Source: Ylistrum balloti (taxonomy: Eukaryota). From it: DNA of 64,000 bases. Numbering within the stretch: the stretch's first letter is position 1; each line of letters begins with the position of its first letter. The translations under genes were made by a program, and so were the position numbers. The DNA is taken from the NCBI RefSeq assembly GCF_031769215.1, contig NW_026781939.1, positions 806,001 to 870,000 of the forward strand, in the 5' to 3' direction. The notes under the pieces were generated by a model. It saw only the letters and a program-made list of their open reading frames with translations, was not told the DNA's origin and did not search any database. Positions 26,961 to 38,600 of this stretch are shown piece after piece.

Positions 26961-28086
26961 TCCCTGTTTTTTGTTTTTTTGTTTTTTTTTGTTTTTGCAC
27001 ATTATTAACTTTTTATATTTGTTTCATCAGATGATACCAATTGACAACAAAAACCTGGAAAGTAGATCTGGAGTAATTTAATTTATCACAATGAACTAAA
27101 CTGTACTTGGTAAACAAAATGATAAGACATGTTGTAGTTCTATCCTGCACAACTGCATCTCCAAAACTTCTTTTTCACAATACAAGCATTGGGTACATGT
27201 ACATAAAGAAACTTATTCCATTGGATTTCCATCAGAGAGAAAAGCAAGATAAACATAATTCCACGTAACCTGAGAGACCATGAACAACATATGATACAAT
27301 ATAAAATGAAAGGCACTCAATAATAACATGTTCAAAGTGGACAATAACATACATTAATCATATTGTTCAGTTTGATTGTATTTTTTCCTATTCATTTTCA
27401 CTACCAACATAAAGAAATCATTGATTTTCCAAAGAGAAATATATACTTCATGAGCAAAATTATCCCAGTTTGACCCAGCACTGTAACAATAGATTCTGCT
27501 ACTTTTAATTTTGATACAATAGTTCATGTTCTTGTACCAAAGTAGCACACACATTTTCTATTAGAATTGCTCAAGATGATTAAGCTATATTCTTTAACAA
27601 TATACTTTTTGTTTGGACAGAAAATGTCTGATGTACATGTTTACCTAGAACATGATCAATTCAAAATTATAAATATAGTTAAATTTGATATTGAGGTATC
27701 AGGTAGAAATGTTAGAAATACAAAAACAATAGAAAATATTTAATCTAAAACTCACAAAACAGTTTATAGTGTAAAAAATAGATATGCATGGTACTTGTAT
27801 ACATGTCAGAAAATAGAATGATACATCTTACTGTTACAGATACATCATATCAATAAATAGATTTTAGAGTCGAAAATTGATAAACCACACCACAATCTAG
27901 TTGTACAATAGAACTACCACTAAGGAATATTTTCACTATGATACAGCAGAAGTGTTAACTATTAAATACTTTTAAAATCTGTTCATATCTTTAATGCTGC
28001 CTCGTTTTGTGATGAAATGGAACTTCTTCAATCTTTCAATATAAAATTTATATAACATTTTACATATTTCTAAAATTGCTATTTTA

Positions 28087-28870
28087 GGAATTGTTCCCCA
28101 CTACAATGAAGATACAAAACCCAAACATTTGGTGAAATTCAGGACTTTTACCCTCAGTTTTTAAGCACTCTTCTGTGTAAATACATAGCCAGGGATATAG
28201 TGTACCCCTAGTTTCAAAATGCAAGTGCGAACACTGTTTAAGGAAATACCAAATATTTGCATGACATAGACATGAGTGTATTAAATAGCTAGCAGATTTT
28301 GTCCCAAATGATCATCTTACAATGATACACATACATTATAAAGTTCAGTTTCAGTACTAATATTCTATTGTTTGTGAAATTGAAAATAACATTAATTATG
28401 TACAAACTGATGACTAGGTATATAGTATACATGATTTTGTAACTTGAAAAAAAAATCCTTCAAGACTAAAACCATATTAGTTTCATAATGATTTCATTTA
28501 CTATAAAGCACGGAACCAGAAGTTGTTATACATGAGGTCACGTACTTTTAATTCATCAAACAAATTCAAAATTTAGTATGAAACAAGCATGCATCAGTTT
28601 ACTGGAAAATTTTAATATTTAAGTTAACTTAATAATTCCCTTCTTGATTTCTCAGAAAATGCTATAAGCTTGTTTAGTTAGAAAATATGGTTACACATGC
28701 TATATTTGACTTGCCAGCATTCCCCCTTTGTCGTTTGATACTGGGGGTACACTGTAACTCTAACTATGTATCTATATACAGAAGAGTGCTTGAAAACTGG
28801 GGGTACAAATCATGAATTTCAGAATTTTTTGGGGTTTGGTAACCTCTCTAGGGGTAATGGAGAATAATGC
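28087..28870. repeat. About 150-bp imperfect inverted repeat pair (28087-28236 / 28714-28870); MITE/foldback-like
   Basis: CAGTTTTTAAGCACTCTTCTGTGTAAATACATAG..GTGTACCCCTA is the near reverse complement of TGGGGGTACAC..CTATGTATCTATATACAGAAGAGTGCTTGAAAACTG; homology extends both ways. Confidence 0.85.
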
Positions 28871-29485
28871 TGGTAGAATCCATATCAAAAGTTTCTACAA
28901 AATATACAATGTATATCAATGTTCTAATGAGGACTAGTCTAGCTAGCTGTTATATTGAAACATAATTAACCACACAATCTTGACGTTGCTGTTCCATCCT
29001 TTGATTTCTTATGAAAGATTCCTGCCACATTTTATTTTGATGGATACCAACCAAGATATATGTTGATTTTTAATTCCTTTTTTAGGACTAATTGCTTATT
29101 AAAAACTTTGTCCTCCCTAAAAACGAACATTTTCTGTTGATATGTAGCATTTTATAAATATTTTCTATGTAATCTTTCCATGAAAAAAATAAATGGTCTT
29201 TGAGAATCTCATACTCCAATCAATCAATATCATGGGAATCTAACATAATACCATTTGATCTTCATAATGTTATTTCCAACTACTAGACATTTAAAAATGA
29301 AATTTAACATCTTTCATCTGCTTCAAGACATAGATTTAACAATGATTTAAAATACTTGATTGTAACACAGAATGCTTTTCATAATATTATAAATGTCATC
29401 ATTCACCTCTGAATATTTGAACTTTTTTTTAAAGAGAAAAATTCAAATATCTTTATCATTAACATATCCACGATAAATGATGAAT

Positions 29486-29694
29486 TTAACCATACACACT
29501 CTTTCTCTTTAACTTGGAGTCAAAATCGTTTTTAAAGTCTTTGTACTGTGGTGCAATTTGATGGCCATATTTTCTCTCTATCCAATCACGTTTGTCGACT
29601 TTTGAGGATTTCTTTTTAAGGCGCTTTAGAGTTGAAAAGCTAGCGTCAGGCCGATACCTCATGTGGATGTCTTTGACGATTGCTAGCGAGTCAC
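29486..29694 (-). CDS. NAGLU: NAGLU terminal exon 23
   Basis: [16 protein letters not shown] plus basic tail ...KLKRKSVYG*. Confidence 0.92.
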
Positions 29695-32600
29695 CTGTAA
29701 CAGAAATTGATGCAGTCACAGTACATGCTGAAAGAAAAACATTGCCCAACCAACTAGGGACCAAGAGAAACCTTCATATGAAATCTAAGTATGATCTATT
29801 AAGGACTTCTTAAGAAATACCAATAACAAGCTATTAATGTCAAAATCCAAGATGGCTGTCAGTCAGCCATTTTCTTTTTTGGATCAGTCCCAGCATGAAA
29901 CAATGCAATACTAACAACCAAGGGAAAAGTGGATATGAAATTGAACTGAATTGAATTGAAAAATATCCATCCTGTGCTTCTCAAAAAAGTTGTGACTAAA
30001 ACAATTGTTTAAGGACAGATGGGCATCGCACGAATCACAATTTCAACGACACACCATCTGAAAATTAGTTTAATTAACAAGAGACCCAAGGGCCTTAACT
30101 AAGGTATGTCATTGAAATCATCTTGTAAACAAAAGTAAGATAACTTGACTTACAACGGAGATATCATGTAAATGTGAAATGAACAATTTCACTGCTATCC
30201 CATGTTAATAATTCTAAGCAAATTTGAATTATTTCCCGATTTTTATATAAACTTTAGTTAATCAATAAAATCAATTAAAGTTCCAATCATATTTCAAAAT
30301 GGAATGAAAAAACCTGAAATTCTTTTGTACATTTATTTAACCAAATCATACATGTACATCATTTTCTTAGCATTTTTTTTTAAAGATATGACAATTTTTT
30401 TGCAGAAATGAAGCACATACTTCCTATTCTAGCACACCAAAAATTTTTACAAAATAGTTGGGTCATTATACTGTCTACCTATGGTTAAAATTTCAGAAAA
30501 ATTGAGAACTGGTATAATTGTCATTTTAAGGTCAAAAGGCATTGTGGTCTATTTTCCAAAAATGCCAAAATCTAGAGGTCTGTGTTTCTACTGGATTTAC
30601 AACAGAAAAAAATGAACTTCAAAGTAAATGTTTAGCTTTTGCTGTTCTTCAATCTTCTTTCAAAAATTGATATTATCTAATTAAACTGTACTTCTTATCA
30701 CTTTTTGTTACCAAAATTATTGAATTGAATTATCAAATAAAACTGTTTTCTCAGTGGTATTTAGACTGGTTTGTAATGAAAGACAACACTATACTATCAT
30801 ACTGACCAAATGATTGTCATCTTAAGTACAAGTGTTCCTCTACTGACCTTTGGGTTCTGTTGCCATAGGAGTAAGGTCTAAGGTGAAAGGTATCTCCACC
30901 TGGTTCAGCACGTCTTCATCATATACACCTTGATTGAAGTCTGTTTTCTACAATGAAAATAGACCACTATATTACAGTAACTACATTTACATTCTCGGAG
31001 AGTCACAATATATATATCTGTAAATCTCTCATATCCACCTTTGGTAACAATATTACTATTTCCAATTATATACATTTAAGATTTAGTAATTCCAAATTAA
31101 ATATGAACCGTCAATTATATCTAAAATCAATATGAGACTTGTATCGAAGCTTCACATTTTCTATTAACCAACCACACCACAACTCACACATAAACTTAAT
31201 GATATGCCAATTAACTTTTCTCTGGACATTGCACATTATATCAAGACCATTCATTGCATAAAACACAAAAAAGGAAACAGACTGGGAACTTAAATGTCAG
31301 ACAAAACCAGAATTAATCCTTGGACTTTTATTGTACCTGCAAATCCAAAGAAAGCATGCAAAATTATGTTAGGCCATCCAGCATTTATTCATTCTGTCCA
31401 ATTCCCCTAAATTCAGATCCACTTGGTAAATACAGGTATGAAGATGATATACTAGCTTCTAACTAGACAATGTAGCTACCAGTAGGCAAGAGATTGATAT
31501 GTTTCAGACCCCATGACCAGGTCTACCAGTGGGCAAGAGATCACTATGTTTCAGACCCCATGACCAGGTCTACCAGTGGGCAAGAGATTAATATGTTCCA
31601 GACCCCATGACAAGGTCTACAAGTAGGCAAGAGATCAATAGGTTCCAGACCCTATGACCAGGTGGACAAAGTTCTATGAAGGAGGACTTTTTAAACTTAC
31701 GTTATTTAGGCATCCCTTTAGGTTATCGATAAACAGTTCCCAGCGAGGACGGTAATATCTGAAACAGAAGAAATTCTAAGTACAAATAAACTACAGAAGG
31801 AATATACTATATATATTACTATATCTAGCTGATGGGTCGTCTTAAATAACCTTCACTAATTACATTTTATGGTTAAGGATGTACTCCTCTCAGAAGAAAA
31901 AAAGTTCCAGTATCAAACTTTTTTCGAAAGGTTTGATCTTAGAAAGTAGATTGAAAGCAAAAAATCAATATGTTGCTGCATTACTTCTTTAGTACAGGTC
32001 TCAGAATATGTGTAAATGGAAATCATACATGTGTATATGATGTCACTTACCCTTCAATCAAACCTGCCCACTGCTTACAAGCATAATCAAGGATCTGAAA
32101 TATATTTTTAAGTGATTAAATTCTAGAGCGTTTGATGGAGGACTTACTTTTACAACAAAATTAAATCATAATCTAGTAGATATGTGATGATAGTAAGGCC
32201 CCTGTCATATCAATAATTGGTTGAACTAAAGACTTCTTTTCCTAATATGGGCGTATGGAAGTATGAAGTTACATTTTGCCTGTTCTGGAGGACCACATAA
32301 ATTGCTTAATATGTTTCTAACAAACAGTTTCTGTATTATGAAATATTGGCAGCATTTAGGGAAATTGGTATATAAAGTAGGGTTCATACATATAATCTGT
32401 CAGTACACTGCAACACTCCATGATGAGCAGATTTCATCTAACGGATAGAGGATTAGCAATACCTATAAGCTGTTCTCTAACATCAGCATGGTGTTCTCGA
32501 TCAGACAAAACCTGTTATATGCCAATAGAGCCAGGAGAAGCAAAATAGGTGAAGGGAAGAGAAGAAATCAGTTGAGACCATGGAGTAGAAGTGATGGATG

Positions 32601-35600
32601 TCTGAAATTATCACTGATGATGAAAGAGATTTACCTCCCCTCGTGGTCCCCAGAGTGTCACCTGGTTACGTGCATTGTACTCATATAAAAAGCGTTCATT
32701 TATATTTGTAGACTTGGCCTGGGCTGCTGCAATCCAGCGCCCCATTAGGAAATGACGATCAGAGGCAAGGACTGTATCCATATCCTTCAGGAGTCCCAAC
32801 AATTTATCTCCTAAAGTCCTGTAATAAACATGAATAAACAAAATAGGATCACATCCTTACTCATCAGGACCCTCACTGTCTTAACCTAACAAATCCATGC
32901 TTTATAAATTTATTCTTTCAGATATCCTATCAACGTTACACAGGTAAGATTCATCTCACAGCTGATTCCTCTAACTAACTATTCTAATGAGAAGTAAAAA
33001 AACATAAATTGTCATCTGAGTTTAACTTTCTAACAAATTCTTTGAAGCTGCATTAAATCCCCTTGGAAGCCAATAACACTGGATTTTTCCTTTTTCAGAA
33101 AATTGGATTTGGCTTTCAACGGATCACGTTTCCATAATTCTCAATTTTGCTCTGACATATTTTTGACATTCAATATTAATCCAAGAGCATCCATATCTAA
33201 TTGAGAAATTGCAATCTGACAAATAACAAACCTTAAAGCAATGCTTTAAATTCTAACCCAATCTTGTCTCGCATAGAAATAATAAGACGTACGTGACAGT
33301 AGGAAGGTCTTTTCCCTTGAAGGCATTCACCAAATCCTGGTAGTAACTTAGGGAGAGAATCTGGAGGCTGTTTCGTGTCACATCCACTAAATCATACCTG
33401 TCAATCAAAATAGCACCAATATCATCTTCATACAAATGACCTTTCACACAATATCTGGAATATGACAAAACTGACCACAAAAAGTGACTGCATTACATTG
33501 CAAAGACTTAATGTACATTTAGTGTGTACATTGATGAAGAGACCTAAACTTGGCACAATAAACATGACAGATGGGTATAGTGTCTCAAATTTAGAACATA
33601 ATGACAATGATGCTTCACAATGACCCTGATCAAGGTCAGAGTAGCTTTGATATGGCAGAAAGTGTTTATCATTTAAACCATGTGAGTTTCGAACAGATAG
33701 AAGAGATCCTTGAGGGATTCTAAAATTTTAGACAGATCCATCTACTATTTCTGAAGAAGTACAGATAAAATCTAAATGTCAAATTTTCACATGGTCACTA
33801 TTTTGTTCATTCAACCAATATAAAGGCAATGTTTAACTAGGGACCATGGGGAAAATACATATAAAATTTGAGAATGGCACGATTCCACACTTTTATATGA
33901 ATAGAAATAACAAACTAAAACAATCAAAATGCAAGATGGCCACCTGTCATTTGATCAGTCGCAGAATATAGTCATTACAAATTAACAGATTTACGGCAAC
34001 CTACACATGAAATTTGGGAATGATCTATCACATATTTTGCAGAAATAGTGACAACAAACTATAAAAGCAAAAACCTAAGATGGTCGTAACTTGACTATTT
34101 TGTTTTTCTTATTAGCTAAAAAACTAGACAATGTACAATCATGAACTGGAATAAGTCTACATATGATATTTGGTGAAAATGAGCCATTCAGTCGTTTTCA
34201 AGGATTAGCAATAACAGAAAATGTTTATTGAAAGACGGGGAGATGATGAATGAACAGCAATTAGAACATGAGATGATGGTGAGCTTATAAACAACAATAT
34301 CAAAGTTAATTTCGCTGTGATATTCTTATTCACGGACTTTGATCTCTGATCTAATTGGTTTATGTTTATAATCTACTTACATATACAAGGTATTATTTAT
34401 GTACTGATCAGCTGCCACTACCAGGATGTCCCAAGCTACATAAAGATCCTCTGGCTCATACCATATCTGTGAAATTCACCCAAAAGTTTTTTTTTCTATC
34501 ATATTTTTTAATACATGAATTCATCAAAAGTGTAATAACTCTCATATTAAGTAGAAACCTGTAAGCATTTATTATATGCTGTCTCATTATAACAAAATTT
34601 GTGATTATACTATTGTTACATCATGCATTTTGCAAACAGGGGCTATGCATTACATAGTATTTATTATAAGTGTTTTGAATGTGTTTAAGGAGGAGTCACA
34701 TGAAGTAAGATGATAAACATGTAATATCATAATTTTAATTTTTTTCCAAAAACAATACTATACATGTAACATTAGAGTTTAACAGATTTCATAAAAAAAG
34801 GAAATTTGATTTCTTCAGATATCGAGAACAGAAGAACTATAGGATTTGTTTATAACTTCACACCTAAAGCAGAGTTGCTTTATGATAATAGTAACATAAT
34901 GAACTCACATCCTGATGTATCATGGGAGTAAGCCGTGGTCTGACCGTTGGAATAATGTCAATATTGTTGTCATGGTGACCATCAGAGCAGTTGTAAATAC
35001 TCATCTAAGGGGAAAAAACAAAGTTTTTCAGAATTCAGTATCCAAATCCAACACATGGCTTAACATCTACATATTAGTTCATGCAACATGGTTTCAGACT
35101 GTTCTTTCATTCATTTGACCTTGTTTAACCTTTCCAGGCAGTTTAAGATTAATATGTCAACTGAAGGTATTTGTTTAGAATATCTTGACCCCTCATCTAC
35201 ATATCATTACATGTACTTAGTTAAACCACAGTTACATAAGGCAGCTTACCTTGAGATAGTGCCAGGCAAGGTCCACATATTTGTCATATTTTCCATATCT
35301 TCTGGTTGCATAATCTGACACCCTGAAATATTGACAAACTAGATGAGAAAAAGATGAGATAGAACAGCATCCTTAATTTCTAAAATTAAAGAGAAGTTGG
35401 ACCAACAAACAATTGAAGTTTGGAAAAAAGTTAAACCAGATAGCTGACTGTTGTATAAATTATCAGAAAGAAAATCAATCTGTTGTTAAACGACTCATCA
35501 ATAATTCTTTTATCTTAGTATGTCTTAGACTAGTGCTAAATTCAGGAATATGTTTCAGTTATATACCGTATATCATTCTATAATCAACACCTTACCATTT

Positions 35601-38600
35601 TGCTACATCTCTAGGTTTAGTTCTCCATGTGTTTTCAGCAAAGAATTCGTAAATTACTTCATTCTGATATATGCCCTCTGGGGTGATTCCAATACCAACC
35701 AAGGTGCTATTAGGAAAAGCTCGACCATCAAATGGACCCTAAGTATATAGTATAACGTACAGATCAGACTCTCATAAAACTTACCAAAAGGAAAAAACAA
35801 TAGTATGTCACTGAGATATTGTTTTTGACAGACCACAATTAAAGTTTGTGTCATCGACACACTCATTTCTACAGATCTAAAGTAGGTGTCACAAAGGCAG
35901 TACTAAAAATACTACGAATTGTGTAATCTTCCAGTAGCTTTTCATTTCAACAATTGAAAATCTAAAGTTTGTTTCAGTATGGTACTCATTTCAGCAGACC
36001 CTACATTTGTGTGAACTTGCCTTTTATTTCAATAGTCCTACAGCTGGCATCATCATGATATTCAATTAATATATCAAAAGTTTGTGTCAGGAAAGGATTT
36101 TGTCTATCCTTTATCAGATTACCACTAGGTAATGCATTATATAAAACAGCATCATAAAATGTTATGACACAGCTTGTATCATATAGTTATAGAAATTTCT
36201 ACAGCTAGTTGTCAATTACTTACATTATTGATATTTAGAAATGCTCCATACATCTCTGACGTTCCTCCGAAATTGTGTAACATACACCAAATAAACGGCT
36301 GGCCATAATAAGATTCCGTGTTCGAAAAAATTGGAGCAATTTCAGAGTACAGATCCAAGACAATCATTTTACCCTAAAATAAATCAAAGTACATCTCGGC
36401 TTATAGTTTAAAGACATCGTAATCATTTTGATACATAGCCGACTTTCATAAAAGAAGCATAAAAAAAATGAGAAAAATCCATCATTAAAAGATTCAAATT
36501 CTTGTCCAAACTGATTGGAGGAGAAATCATTTGTCTATATCGAAATAGATTGGGGAAGGTAAATATTCCTTACAGTTGGAACACCTGTCAGGTAAGCCTT
36601 TATTTGGGTAGGTTTCCAGAAATATTCCGCTTGAAACAGCCATCCCTGCATTAGCCTAAAATAACCAAATTTAGAATGACAATTTAGTAATGAACAATCT
36701 CGAGTACAAGAATTTAAGTCGTTTTTTTTTTTCAAACTTCTTAAAACCTTCATAATTTGTTGTACACTAAATTACAGTGACATTTTAATTTTTTTGGTTG
36801 ACAGTAACATTACAGATATTTCAGAAAATTTTCTTTAGTGCTAGTATGCTTCACACAGGTCATTTTCTCTGATGAATGTGACTGTGTGGCCACAGTCTAA
36901 TATTTTACTGATTGTGTTAGAACAATGACAAAGTCCTGAGGTTTAAACATCAGCCTGCTATTTATCATACATACCATATTCCCTGTGGATCAGCCTCTGT
37001 GACAGCTTCATAAATGGTGCGGGAAGCTTTAGCTAAGTATTCTGGGGCACTGGAATTGTACAAGTCAATTGTAACAACTGCCAATATCATTTACCATAAA
37101 TGTATCAGATAATAAATCTATATATATATCAACAGAAACAGAGTATGCCGGGATGGAACAATTTATGCTTATTCTATATTATAAAAATATCATGCCAAAA
37201 TGAAAACAAATACAAAAATGGTAATACTGAGTCAAAATGCCATGGGAGAAACTGCTTTTCAAGAAAACACAATTTCATGTCATAGTTTCTCATATAAAGC
37301 TGACAAATTTAGAAAGAAATCGGTTGAAAATTGGCAGAGGAGATCTCTGGGCAAGACTAACCTTATGAAAACAAAAAGGGGCAGTAACTCTTCCATATAC
37401 AGTTGAACCAAACTACTGTTCAGGATAGCATAACTTCATGTCATGGTATTTAATCTCTACCAAGTTTGAAAGACACCAGTAGAAAATTGATTTCATTTTG
37501 GGGTGAGTGCACATCCCCATCTGTTTTTTTCTATAAATCTAGGTTTTTTTTTGTTTCTTTTTAAAGTTTGTTTCAACCAATTTTGACCATTATTATCACT
37601 GATGAGTTCTAGAAGGACAAAACAACTGTATGTTGCAACTTAATTCATTGCTCTATATATACTGTATCTAATTCTAAATTAAATTTTGTAATGAAAGCAC
37701 AATTTTGATTAAATTAACATAAAAGCAACATGAAGAAAAATCCCCTGAAACTGTTACTCCAAACAAATAAAGGGTGTTACATTTTAATGGGTTTCTAACT
37801 TATCACCAGTTGATGTACTGATCACAGCTGAAAGCTGCAATTTGCAATGAACTTCATCTAGTATTAAGGGGCAAAGATTCATAAAAAAAATGACACTGGT
37901 ACTAAGTGTACCTACTTTGATTTAGGGTCCATCTCATTGAAGGTGTCAATATTGTAGATGTGGTCAGTCCCAAACTCATCAATCATCTGAAATTCATCCA
38001 CAGATTCATTTGAATTATAAATAAGAATACCTAGAGGTAAAAACATCCTAAAATAATTGGAATTATAAGTCCTAACAGTAAAAACATTAAATTTTTGTCA
38101 AAATAAGAAATGTAAAAAAATTATGCACTTCTGTAATTAGCCATCTCTTCCAATAATCAAGTTATTCACACATCACGTGAAAAAAACAAATTTCGACATT
38201 CTCACTATATCATCTTATAATGTTGGAAAATATGTGTGGTATTTTTAAAATTGTATTTCTTTCACGAAATACAAAATATTGGATACTATTGAATGCAATG
38301 CTTTTGATTGCACTATTAAGAACATTCTGATGTTAGCAAGAAGTTTATATTTCATTACAGCATCATACAAACACTGGGCTGGCTGAACAGTATTCTTTAA
38401 CTATAAAGCTAAACTATACACTTACTATATTTGAGCAATCAAATATCATCAATCAGCAAAGATCACTACAACTATCCTACAAACCATCTGGTGATTTAAT
38501 GGACTATAATGAACTATCTAGGGTCTTATGTATTACAAACTAACAAAGCCAAATACAGATTATCTTCACACTGATGTACCTGGTATTGTGTAGGAACTAC

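Noticed and set aside
32850-32880. Minus-strand CTGATGAG resembling a hammerhead core
   Set aside because: No GAAA or stem III follows; it lies in the NAGLU intron near the branch/acceptor region
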